Source: Alphaproteobacteria bacterium | GTDB lineage: Bacteria > Pseudomonadota > Alphaproteobacteria > Sphingomonadales > Emcibacteraceae | DNA: 64,000 nucleotides | Assembly: GCA_002401455.1 (NCBI GenBank) | Contig: NVTE01000002.1 | Span: 32,567 to 96,566 of the forward strand | Reading direction: 5' to 3' | Translations under genes and position numbers: made by a program | Part shown: one piece after another, positions 38,382 to 47,545 of the stretch | Numbering within the stretch: position 1 is the first letter of the stretch | How the letters are laid out: every line of letters starts with the position of its first letter | Notes under the pieces: model-generated | What the model was told of the DNA's origin: nothing | Database searches by the model: none | What the model saw: the letters and a program-made list of their open reading frames with translations, nothing else

Positions 38382-38444
38382 CTTAACAACTCAGTCTGGA
38401 AGATATCAGGGGTTTATTCCTAATGGAATTTCGCAACAGTCATC

Positions 38445-38708
38445 TCACACCATTTTACAGGCTTCAGGACGACAGGCGGTTGTCAGGGAGGTACCCATGG
38501 TCAATTGGGTGCCGGGTTTATCCTCGACCTGACGGGCCTGGGCACTGCCTCCAGCCATCTGGGTTATGGCGACCATCAGGATCAGTGACGCAAGTCCCGC
38601 TCTGATCAGGCTGCGCAGAGGGGCAGATATATGCGCCCCAGTGCGGGTGGCCTTGATCAAGCCCATAAAACTATAGGGGTCGGTTTTGCTTATCAGAATG
38701 TTTAACAT
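38445..38708 (-). CDS. Small hypothetical membrane/secreted protein (SFMGLI motif)
   Basis: RBS AGGAG before ATG at 38708; hydrophobic helix followed by AQA; shares motif with the upstream ORF. Confidence 0.55.
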   Translation of the reverse strand: MLNILISKTDPYSFMGLIKATRTGAHISAPLRSLIRAGLASLILMVAITQMAGGSAQARQVEDKPGTQLTMGTSLTTACRPEACKMV

Positions 38709-38744
38709 TTCACTTCTCCTAAGGATCATATTTACCCGGCTGAG

Positions 38745-38993
38745 TTAGACATTAGCCTCGGTAACGGGGGTTGAGTACTGGGCATATTCCATTTTATCCT
38801 GTGACAGAGAACCTGCGGTCAGGCCCAGGACAATGACGACAGTGGCAATGGCCAGGGTGCGCAATACTTCAACGCTTTCAACGCCGGCCAGGATTTTGCG
38901 ACCTAATGAGGCTCTGCGGGTTTTCTTCTGTGTATCTGTAATCAGGCCCATAAAGCTGTTGACTTCGATGTCGTTTGTAAAAATGGTGTTCAT
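38745..38993 (-). CDS. Small hypothetical membrane protein (SFMGLI motif)
   Basis: RBS GGAG; single hydrophobic helix LAIATVVIVLGL. Confidence 0.6.
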   Translation of the reverse strand: MNTIFTNDIEVNSFMGLITDTQKKTRRASLGRKILAGVESVEVLRTLAIATVVIVLGLTAGSLSQDKMEYAQYSTPVTEANV

Positions 38994-39073
38994 AACTTTT
39001 CTCCGTAATTGGGTTTAAATCTTTTCACCAGGCTCCTGCTGTTCTTCTGTGCTAGTGCCTTGGTGTGCTACAT

Positions 39074-39102
39074 ATATAGTACACTAGATCGATAATAGTC
39101 AA
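39074..39102 (-). promoter_or_regulatory. Housekeeping-type promoter for the small-ORF pair
   Basis: Minus strand TTGACT-N17-CTATAT. Confidence 0.5.
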
Positions 39103-39403
39103 CAATAAAAGAATATAAATATTAATATCCATTAATTTCAATGATTTAATGTCAATAAGAAATACCCCTGAGGTGTCATAGGGGTGTGTTGATGAGACAA
39201 AACAGCTGTATTAGGCCGACTCATAGGGGGTGAGTCTACCGGACTAGCCACTCTTCACCGGCTCTGGCCCCTGTTTTATATTAAAGGGGTGAAATTTTAC
39301 TTTCATTTTGAAATCATTTATACTATTGAAGGGGGGCTATATTCGGCCTCAGGGTGAATCCTGATACAGGATATTATATATTTTATAATCGTAGAGAGTA
39401 GCC

Positions 39404-41041
39404 ATGACCCAAATGAATACCAGCACCGCCATCGTCAAAGGTTTGATTAACAATAATGTAGATACCGTCTTTGGTCTGCCCGGGGCGCAGATGTATGACT
39501 TGTTTGAGGCCTTCTATCAGCATAAAGATCAAATCCGGGTGATCGGCGCCCGCCATGAACAGGGTCTGGCCTATATGGCGTTTGGTTATGCGCGTTCTAC
39601 CAATAAACTTGGGGTATTTGCCCCGGTTCCGGGGCCAGGCGTCCTGAATACAACAGCAGCCCTATGTACGGCCTATGGCTCTTCCACTTCTGTATTATGT
39701 CTGACCGGTGAAGTGCCTAATAATTTTAAAGGCATGGCGCGGGGCCATCTCCATGAGCTACCTGATCAACTGGCTATCCTCAAAGGCCTGACAAAATGGG
39801 CGGCCCATGTGGATCACCCTGACCAAACCCCTGCCCTGCTCAATGAAGCGATCAGTGCCGCCTGTTCCGGTCGCCACGGTCCAACCTCCCTGCAGCTGTG
39901 CTGGGATGATTTCAACAAACCGATAACGATAGAGGGCGATATCCCGGCGGCGGAACTCGCGCCAACGCCAACGATTAATTTGGATGACCTGGCCCAGGCC
40001 GTCACCCTGATCAAAGAAGCCCGCGCCCCGATGATCTTCGTCGGCAGTGGCGCCCAGCATGCCAGCGCAGAAATATCAGAGCTGGCGGACCTGCTGGACG
40101 CCCCAGTGGTCAGCTTCCGCGGTGGACGGGGAATTGTCGGCGATGACAAAGATCTCGGCCTCAATATTGCCGCCGCCCGCAAACTCTGGCCCGAAACGGA
40201 CCTGATGATCGGTATCGGCACCCGCCTTGAAATCCCCTTCATGCGTTGGGGCAGTTTCATGGAATACAAACGAATCATGCCGGGCAAGAAGCTTCTGCGG
40301 CTTGATATTGATCCCCTTGAAATGGATAAGCTGGATAATGACGGTACCCTGCTGGCCGATGCGGCAGAGGGTACACGGGAATTGGTTGCTGCGCTGATCA
40401 AAGCCAATGTCTCCCCATCCGGCCGCCGGGAGGTGATCGCCACCGCCAAAGCAATGTCCGCCCGGGAAGTTCAGGAAATTCAGCCCCAGATGGATTATCT
40501 GGCGGTGATCCGGGACGTGTTGCCCCGGGATGGTTTCCTGGTCGATGAAGTTTGCCAAATGGGCTTTACTACACCCTACGGCTTTCCGGTCTATGAACCC
40601 CTGACCTTTGTCAGCGGCGGCTATCAGGGCAACCTGGGTTTTGGCTTTCCGACAGCCCTTGGGGTTAAGGTTGGCAACCCTGACAAAGCGGTGATTTCCA
40701 TTACCGGTGACGGCGGCTTTATGTTCGGGGTTCAAGAACTGGCCACCGCGGCCCAATATAATATCGCCGTGGTGACCCTGGTCTTTAACAACTCAGCCTA
40801 CGGCAATGTACGCCGGGACCAGCAAGTACAATATGACAACAACCTGATCGGCTCAGACCTTGAAAACCCGGATTTTGTCAAGTTGGCAGAAAGTTTTGGC
40901 GTAACCGGAATGCGGGTAACCAGCCCGGCAGAACTGAAACCAGCCCTGGAACGGGCCCTGGCTTTGGGAAAGCCGGTCGTGATTGAAGTAGTCCAGGAAG
41001 CTGGCTGTGAATCCACCCCGTGGAAGTTCTTGATGGGCTAA
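39404..41041 (+). CDS. Thiamine pyrophosphate-dependent enzyme (acetolactate synthase-like)
   Basis: VFGLPG, RHEQG, PGPGVLN, GDGGFMF...FNN TPP motif. Confidence 0.9.
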   Translation: MTQMNTSTAIVKGLINNNVDTVFGLPGAQMYDLFEAFYQHKDQIRVIGARHEQGLAYMAFGYARSTNKLGVFAPVPGPGVLNTTAALCTAYGSSTSVLCLTGEVPNNFKGMARGHLHELPDQLAILKGLTKWAAHVDHPDQTPALLNEAISAACSGRHGPTSLQLCWDDFNKPITIEGDIPAAELAPTPTINLDDLAQAVTLIKEARAPMIFVGSGAQHASAEISELADLLDAPVVSFRGGRGIVGDDKDLGLNIAAARKLWPETDLMIGIGTRLEIPFMRWGSFMEYKRIMPGKKLLRLDIDPLEMDKLDNDGTLLADAAEGTRELVAALIKANVSPSGRREVIATAKAMSAREVQEIQPQMDYLAVIRDVLPRDGFLVDEVCQMGFTTPYGFPVYEPLTFVSGGYQGNLGFGFPTALGVKVGNPDKAVISITGDGGFMFGVQELATAAQYNIAVVTLVFNNSAYGNVRRDQQVQYDNNLIGSDLENPDFVKLAESFGVTGMRVTSPAELKPALERALALGKPVVIEVVQEAGCESTPWKFLMG

Positions 41042-41109
41042 CAGGCGGAGAAATTAAAAGGGCGTGAGCGCCTTCCCGGCCTCACTCTTTTTCCGTCTTA
41101 GGGCAACTT

Positions 41110-41628
41110 TTATAAGTTCTGCTCAAAAGGTTCTTTTGTCGCAGCCCCGAGCAGGGCCTTTCTGCGGTCAAGGTCTTCCCTTTTCCATGTGGTTTCATAA
41201 TCATAAAATTCATCCACGACAAGATCATCTGGCGGCAGAATGACCCACGGCTGCTTGGTTGTTGTAAAGATATGGACATCTGGGGGCAAGCGGTCTGGCT
41301 TATCAAGCGTTCCAACACGAATGAACCGGATAAGGTCTTTTATCCCCCCCATGTAATAGTTGCTCCAGACAGCAACCTTGCATTTTGGGCAGCGGGCTAT
41401 TTTTTGCCCATTTCCGCTGGGCGACGGAACCGCAATTTCCATCAGATCGCCGCAAAGAAGCTCCACATTCTCTGCTTCAAAAAGAGCATTCACCGCGAAG
41501 GCGGCCCCTGTCTGGCGCTGGCACCAGCGGCAATGACAACAATGAACGATTAACGGTTTTGACATGATTTTGTACCGGACATGACCGCAGCTACAGCCAC
41601 CTTCATGTGTCTCTTTCTGAGACGTCAT
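41110..41628 (-). CDS. GFA family (glutathione-dependent formaldehyde-activating) protein
   Basis: GGCSCG, CHCRWCQR, CPKC, PDVHIF. Confidence 0.9.
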   Translation of the reverse strand: MTSQKETHEGGCSCGHVRYKIMSKPLIVHCCHCRWCQRQTGAAFAVNALFEAENVELLCGDLMEIAVPSPSGNGQKIARCPKCKVAVWSNYYMGGIKDLIRFIRVGTLDKPDRLPPDVHIFTTTKQPWVILPPDDLVVDEFYDYETTWKREDLDRRKALLGAATKEPFEQNL

Positions 41629-41747
41629 GACATCCCCTCCCTCACGGATTAATTTTATACTCAGCGATACAACCTATCACGGCAGAAGGGGTGAGGCAAT
41701 CCACCACACGTTTCAGGGCGTGATTTGGCACGCAATCATTCCGGGCC

Positions 41748-42728
41748 TCACCCGCCACCGCCACCCATCACGCTATAGCCCAGATAGCTGTTATAGACGA
41801 TGTAAACCGCGACCAGAAGCAAGCCCTGTACGCGGCTAATCCGGCCCGGCTTGCGAAAACCGTAAGCCATCACAAACAACCCGACGATAAGACCCATCAT
41901 TGTCGGCCAGTCCCGGGACAGGACCTCAGGCAGAACGCTCGTCGGCGCAATGACCCCGGCAATGCCAACCACCGCCAGCAGGTTAAACATATTGGACCCA
42001 ATGACATTACCCAGCGCAATATCATGCTCCCCCTTGCGGACCGCCGCCACAGAAGCCGCAAGTTCCGGCAGAGAGGTTCCCAGTGCCACGATGGTCAGAC
42101 CGATCACCAGGTCGCTCACCCCCAGCCCCTCGGCAATAGTGACGGCGCCCCAGACCAGAATACGGGAACTGACAATCAACAAGGCCAGCCCCACCACCAG
42201 CCATATAATGGCCTGCCTCAGCGTCATGGCGTGGCTGGTCAGTTCCTGGTCCATCTCCTGTTCCAGGGTGTCGCCCCGGGCGCGCATTCCCGCATAGACC
42301 GACCAGCCGATCAGGCCAAAAAACCCTGCCAGCAATACAATCCCATCAAGACGGCTCAGCTCCCCGTCCCACAATTGCCAACCAGAGAATAACCCGAGCG
42401 CCGCCAGTAACGGCAACTCCTTGCGAATGATTTTCGAGTGAACGACTATGGGCGTAATCAGGGCAGTGATACCGAGCACCAGGGAAATATTGACGATATT
42501 AGACCCATAGCCATTGCCCAGAGCCAGCCCGGGTTTGCCATCAGCAGCAGCGAAGGCCGACACAACCATCTCCGGTGCCGAGGTACCAAAGCCGACGATG
42601 ACCATGCCAATGATCAGCGATGACATGCCCGCATATTTGGCCGTTGCCGCCGCCCCGTCAACAAAACGGTCCGCACTCCACACCAGAACGGCGAACCCGA
42701 CAACAATCGCAAATAAGGCCAAAGCCAT
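41748..42728 (-). CDS. Calcium/sodium antiporter (YrbG family)
   Basis: Two alpha repeats GTSAPE / GTSLPE with GN..GSN. Confidence 0.93.
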   Translation of the reverse strand: MALALFAIVVGFAVLVWSADRFVDGAAATAKYAGMSSLIIGMVIVGFGTSAPEMVVSAFAAADGKPGLALGNGYGSNIVNISLVLGITALITPIVVHSKIIRKELPLLAALGLFSGWQLWDGELSRLDGIVLLAGFFGLIGWSVYAGMRARGDTLEQEMDQELTSHAMTLRQAIIWLVVGLALLIVSSRILVWGAVTIAEGLGVSDLVIGLTIVALGTSLPELAASVAAVRKGEHDIALGNVIGSNMFNLLAVVGIAGVIAPTSVLPEVLSRDWPTMMGLIVGLFVMAYGFRKPGRISRVQGLLLVAVYIVYNSYLGYSVMGGGGG

Positions 42729-43026
42729 AGTCTCTCCTCAATACATATACACTACAAAATAAACGCCCACAGGAACAGTCGGCCAACAAAAACAAGTGAT
42801 ATGACAACAGGTTAGGTTATTTAAAAAAATAACCTATCGTCTATCGGACCTAAAGGAAAGAGCTATCCATACGCCGGGCGAATAGACCGTCCCTAAGGAA
42901 CAAGCCTTCACTGTGGAAAAAAAATCACTAAAATCAATGATACGGTGGAGCCTCTATCCTATATCAAGAACATAGAATTTATATATTCTCCCCAATATAG
43001 TCTGTTAAAAACAGATTATATTTTTA

Positions 43027-43749
43027 TTATTTCCGGGATTCTTTCAACAGGATGTCACACGCGCCCTCAATAGCCGTTTCCAACTGGGTCATAAATTCGT
43101 CTTTTTTCAGGCCGGGCGCAATGGGCGGCAGAAATTCAATAACAAATGTCCCCGACTTCATATGGTCATTTTTCGGCCAATAAAGCCCCGTGTTGACCGC
43201 AATGGGAACCACAGGAACTTTCAGATATTTATAGATACCAAAAATGCCCGATAAATAGGGATGTTTCTCCCCGGGCAGGGCGCGGGAGCCTTCGGGAAAG
43301 ATGATCACGGAGCGGCCATCTTCAACCTCTACCCGGGACTGGGTCAGCATTTTCTTCATGGACTTCATGCCCATATCCCGGTCAATGGTAATATTGCCCA
43401 CCTTTTCACATACCCGGCCATAAAGCGGCACCTTCAAAAGCTCTGCCTTCATGATAAAGGCCGGGTCCTCCAGAATAGAATGCATGATAAAGGTATCCAG
43501 CATCGACTGATGCTTCATGGCATAGATCACCGGGGTTCCGGATATATGCTCTGCTCCGCGGACATCCATTCTTAAATTCTGGATCACCCGCAGCCAGAAA
43601 CGCACACTCCGGGACCAGCTTGTCTGAAAGGCGGCATGCCAGCTTCTCGGCACCCCGGGAAGATAGAGCATCGGTGACCAGAGAATACAGGACAGCGTTC
43701 CCCAGATAAAAAAAACGACCCGAAAAATTGATGACCGAAGACGTAACAC
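43027..43749 (-). CDS. plsC: 1-acyl-sn-glycerol-3-phosphate acyltransferase
   Basis: KHQSMLDT, IFPEGSR. Confidence 0.85.
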   Translation of the reverse strand: MLRLRSSIFRVVFFIWGTLSCILWSPMLYLPGVPRSWHAAFQTSWSRSVRFWLRVIQNLRMDVRGAEHISGTPVIYAMKHQSMLDTFIMHSILEDPAFIMKAELLKVPLYGRVCEKVGNITIDRDMGMKSMKKMLTQSRVEVEDGRSVIIFPEGSRALPGEKHPYLSGIFGIYKYLKVPVVPIAVNTGLYWPKNDHMKSGTFVIEFLPPIAPGLKKDEFMTQLETAIEGACDILLKESRK

Positions 43750-43813
43750 CCTTTATTTCTTCCTTGTGATTATGATCAGTTTTATGTTCGGCTTCTATAT
43801 GCGATTATTCTGA

Positions 43814-44377
43814 TCAAATATCAAGTATTCGCATGCGAAATAAACTGACAAGATATTTGCTGTATTCCCGAGCCAGGGAGACAAAGCGGATATTTTCAGG
43901 TCGCCATTGCCCCACCGGGTGGGCAATTATGGTGATCCCGGGCATGAAACGTCGGATTTCAACCAGGGCCCGGGGCATATGCTCCAGAGAGGTCACCACC
44001 CGGATCGAGGATATATGATTCTTCGCCACCCATTGGGCTATCTCTTCAGCGTTACCGACTGTATTTTGCGCCAGCGTGCCACTTTCAATACAGCAATCGG
44101 CCAGTTTCTTGGAACTTCCCAGCACCACCCGCAATTCCCGTTCGGTCACTTTAGCATTGACCCCGGATATGAACAGCTTGGCTGCCACGCCTTTTTCCAA
44201 AAGCCGAACCGCTTCCTGCAAACGGCTGTTCCCCCCGGTTAACACCACAATGCCATCGGTTTTTCTCTCGTTGGGTGCTACAGCCTGCGACAGATCATAA
44301 ATGAAATAAAACAGTCCCGCCAACCACATCAGAACCAGCCCGATTATCAGAAAAAATAGATATTTCACCATGCTCAC
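43814..44377 (-). CDS. YdcF family protein (DUF218)
   Basis: DGIVVLTGG..RL, LFISGV, NTVGNAEE, VTS..HMPRA. Confidence 0.88.
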   Translation of the reverse strand: MSMVKYLFFLIIGLVLMWLAGLFYFIYDLSQAVAPNERKTDGIVVLTGGNSRLQEAVRLLEKGVAAKLFISGVNAKVTERELRVVLGSSKKLADCCIESGTLAQNTVGNAEEIAQWVAKNHISSIRVVTSLEHMPRALVEIRRFMPGITIIAHPVGQWRPENIRFVSLAREYSKYLVSLFRMRILDI

Positions 44378-44386
44378 CCCCCAGAC

Positions 44387-45268
44387 CTAAACCATCCGGC
44401 CCAAATCCCGCAAGACAGTGATCCGTGCTGTAGCCAGGGAAATAAAGGCTGCAAATAAAGGAATAACCAGCAAGATCGCCACTTGGGTGACGGGAAATTC
44501 CGGGACCTTGACCAACCCTGAAGCCAGGTCACGGGATAAATATATCAGACTGACCAAGGTAACAAAGGCCAGCAGGAGACCAATAACGCCGCCCTTCAGG
44601 CCATAAGCCATAAAACGATCTTGAAATGCGCGGGCAATCATGCCGTCCTGTGCCCCCAGATGATGCATAACAGCGATGGTTTCACGGTTCTCCGCCATGC
44701 CGGCCTTGGTGCCGAAAATGACGATACAAACCGTGGCCATCACCACCAGCAACAAGATACCGAGGGCCGTATACTCCACCATATCCATCAGGCGCAGAAA
44801 CCGCCCCAACCACTGCTGGTGGTCATCCAAATAAATATTTTCAGATATCCGGGTCAGCATCCCGCGCAAGGCGTCCAGATCAAGCTGCAGGGTCCGGCTG
44901 ACGGTAACGTCCAGAATATCCGGCACCGGAAGGTCACTGGTCACATTGCCTTCCCCCAGCCAGGGCTCAAGCAGTTCCTCAATCTCCACCTGATTAAGCT
45001 TGCGCACATAATCAATGCCAGGTGTTTTTCTCAGGCGGTCAATGACCTGATTGACCTGCACCTCCCGCTGCTCGGGGTCCAGAGTAGTAATTTGTACGGT
45101 GAGCCGATTGCTTAAACTTTCGGTCCAATCACCGAAACCTTTGTGCAACATCATACTACCCATCAGGGCCAATGCACTCAGGTAAACCATAACCGCCATG
45201 ACATAGGGCAGCAACCGGGTTGCCTCATGGCTTTTTTCATCAGGCAGGAAATGCACAGCCTTTGTCAC
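44387..45268 (-). CDS. ftsX: Cell division permease FtsX
   Basis: 4-TM topology, LLEPWLG...LPVP, DDHQQW; overlaps ftsE. Confidence 0.9.
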   Translation of the reverse strand: MTKAVHFLPDEKSHEATRLLPYVMAVMVYLSALALMGSMMLHKGFGDWTESLSNRLTVQITTLDPEQREVQVNQVIDRLRKTPGIDYVRKLNQVEIEELLEPWLGEGNVTSDLPVPDILDVTVSRTLQLDLDALRGMLTRISENIYLDDHQQWLGRFLRLMDMVEYTALGILLLVVMATVCIVIFGTKAGMAENRETIAVMHHLGAQDGMIARAFQDRFMAYGLKGGVIGLLLAFVTLVSLIYLSRDLASGLVKVPEFPVTQVAILLVIPLFAAFISLATARITVLRDLGRMV

Positions 45269-46053
45269 GCCTCATTCTCCCCGTCCCCGATGCTGGTATA
45301 TGTTTTAGGGCCAAATTCATTCTGATCCAATCGCCGGATTTCAAATTTCGACGGATCAAAGTCTGTATCCTGGGGTTCAGGGGCATCTTCCCCGGCCTGA
45401 ATCATATGCAGCTTCCCGTCAGAAAGGTGCATCCGGTTCGCTTTGACCTTTTTCACCAGTCCCATATCGTGGGTGGCGATAACTGTTGTCGTGCCCAGCT
45501 TATTCAGCTCCACAAACAGATGCATGATCCGTTTGGCTATGGCCGGGTCCACATTACCGGTGGGTTCATCCGCCAGCAAAATATCCGGCCGCTTGATCAC
45601 GGCCCGGGCAATAGCAACCCGCTGTTTTTCCCCGCCGGACAAGGTCGGTGGCCGGGATTTCATCCGGCCCTCAAGACCTACCCATGTCAAAAGTTCTTCC
45701 ACATGCTCTTCAATTTCAGCCCCTTTGCCTCCTGCAATCCACAACGGCAAGGCCACATTCTCAACAGCGGTCAAATGATCCAGTAATCTAAAATCCTGAA
45801 AGACAACTCCAATCCGGCGGCGAAGGCGGGGCAAATCAGTGCGCGCCGCCGCCCCCACATCCTCACGAAACATGGTTATCTTGCCCCGGGACGGACGGTG
45901 AGCCAGGTACATCAGCTTCAAAAGACTGGTCTTACCGGCTCCACTGGGGCCAGTAAGGAAATGCAATGATCCTGGTTTCAGATTGAAGGAAATATCTTTT
46001 AGAACTTCCGACCCCATCCCATATCTCATGCCTACATTTTCAAAATGGATCAC
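45265..46053 (-). CDS. ftsE: Cell division ATP-binding protein FtsE
   Basis: GPSGAGKTS, LRRRIGVVFQDFRLL, LSGGEKQR, ADEPTGN. Confidence 0.95.
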   Translation of the reverse strand: MIHFENVGMRYGMGSEVLKDISFNLKPGSLHFLTGPSGAGKTSLLKLMYLAHRPSRGKITMFREDVGAAARTDLPRLRRRIGVVFQDFRLLDHLTAVENVALPLWIAGGKGAEIEEHVEELLTWVGLEGRMKSRPPTLSGGEKQRVAIARAVIKRPDILLADEPTGNVDPAIAKRIMHLFVELNKLGTTTVIATHDMGLVKKVKANRMHLSDGKLHMIQAGEDAPEPQDTDFDPSKFEIRRLDQNEFGPKTYTSIGDGENEA

Positions 46054-46241
46054 GTTCAGAAAGCCTCTATTTTTTTATTATATCTATTTTATTAAATTTA
46101 TAGCCCAACCATAGCAATTCGTTCCCTGACCGTAAACTGATAAATAGATGTAGTGTCAGAACTCTTGCGTTACTCACTTCATCTGATTATAACCATATAA
46201 AACCATTAACCCAATAAATAACAAGAGTTACAGGTTTCTGT

Positions 46242-47075
46242 ATGATCCTGACCTGCCCCGAGTGTTCTGCACGATACGTTGTTGATCCAAAGGCCCTACT
46301 GCCCAACGGTCGGGTGGTCAGGTGTGCCAAATGCAAACACAGCTGGACAGAGGCCGCCCCGGATATTGATACCGCCATTGTGGAGGTTGAGGAATCCGAA
46401 AGCCCGCCCATTTCCGAAACAGCATCAGAAAACGTGTCAGATCCAGTTCCCGAATCCGTCCAGAATCCGGACCAAGGGAGCGACATCACCGAAGATGAAT
46501 TTGCTATCCAGCGGACCCGGCGCAAGAAACGGCCCCGGCCTCTGCCCAAAGGCTCCAACCTCCCTGCTCTGCAAAATCATAAATATGGCCAAATTCTCTG
46601 GGGATGGTATGGACTGGGGGCCTTCGTTGCCCTGTTCATCACAAGTTTTCTAGTCTTCCAGACAACCATAAGCCATGCCTGGCCACCGTCCCAAAAACTC
46701 TATCGCGCTCTGGGCCTGGAAAGCCATGGTGGACAGAACAGCCCAAATTCTGATCAGGGGACCCACGACACGTCCCCTGAAATCCCCCCGGAAGAACAAT
46801 TCAAAATTGAAGACACCGTCCCCAGCAAGACCCTGAACGGATCGCTTGTCACCCTTAAGATCGACGGAAATATTACAAACCTTACCGATCAGACACTGAA
46901 ACTACCATTACTCAGAATTGCCCTCAAGGATGATCACGGCGAGATACTTCGGGAATGGACCTTCAAGTCCTCTGACGCCACCATTTCAGAGGGTGAAAAA
47001 GTTTCTTTCACCACCTCCCTGCCCAACCCACCGGACAAAGCCACCAGCATCATCGTCACTTTTGCCAAAAAATAA
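46242..47075 (+). CDS. Zinc-ribbon (MJ0042-type finger) / DUF3426 membrane protein
   Basis: MILTCPECSARY...VRCAKCKHSW, TM segment, C-terminal Ig-like GNITN...P.LRIAL.D. Confidence 0.85.
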   Translation: MILTCPECSARYVVDPKALLPNGRVVRCAKCKHSWTEAAPDIDTAIVEVEESESPPISETASENVSDPVPESVQNPDQGSDITEDEFAIQRTRRKKRPRPLPKGSNLPALQNHKYGQILWGWYGLGAFVALFITSFLVFQTTISHAWPPSQKLYRALGLESHGGQNSPNSDQGTHDTSPEIPPEEQFKIEDTVPSKTLNGSLVTLKIDGNITNLTDQTLKLPLLRIALKDDHGEILREWTFKSSDATISEGEKVSFTTSLPNPPDKATSIIVTFAKK

Positions 47076-47170
47076 TTGAATAACAATCTTTGGCCGTAAA
47101 ACCGCCATAAAGAAATTGTAAACAATTATGTAATATTCTTCTTCTGAACCATTAGTGGAGTTAAAAAATA

Positions 47171-47545
47171 ATGGCACACATTCTAATTGCAGAAGATGAG
47201 ATGGCCGTTCGCATGTTTGTCAGCAGAGCATTGGAATACCGGGGACATAGTACAGTAGGCGTCGAAGATGGCGGGGCCGCCATAGATGCCATGTCACAGG
47301 AAGATTTCGACCTGTTGCTTACCGATATTGTTATGCCAGTCATGGATGGCATTGCCCTCGCTCTGAAAGTGTCTGCCGAACATCCGGATCTGCCCATCCT
47401 GATGATGACCGGTTATTCCCATGAACGCCAACGGGCCCATAATCTTGAGTGCCTGATCCATGATGTCATCAGCAAACCCTTCTCGCTGGATGAATTATGC
47501 AATACGGTTGAAGATATCCTGAAGACGGTGAAAAAACCTCATTAG
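47171..47545 (+). CDS. Single-domain response regulator (CpdR-like)
   Basis: ILIAED, LLLTDIVMPVMDGIALA, MMTGY, KPF. Confidence 0.85.
   Translation: MAHILIAEDEMAVRMFVSRALEYRGHSTVGVEDGGAAIDAMSQEDFDLLLTDIVMPVMDGIALALKVSAEHPDLPILMMTGYSHERQRAHNLECLIHDVISKPFSLDELCNTVEDILKTVKKPH

Noticed and set aside
39065-39085. NrdR-box-like ctacatatatagtac
   Set aside because: Partial match only, no nrd gene nearby; better explained as the -10 region of a promoter
42920-42945. aatcactaaaatcaatga as a possible right att site of the tRNA island
   Set aside because: Only short AT-rich similarity; no duplicated tRNA 3' end
42729-43026. Possible yybP-ykoY (Mn) riboswitch upstream of the Ca/Na antiporter
   Set aside because: Could not find the GGGGAGUA...GAGACC signature on the minus strand; only a simple hairpin (taggttattt/aaataaccta)
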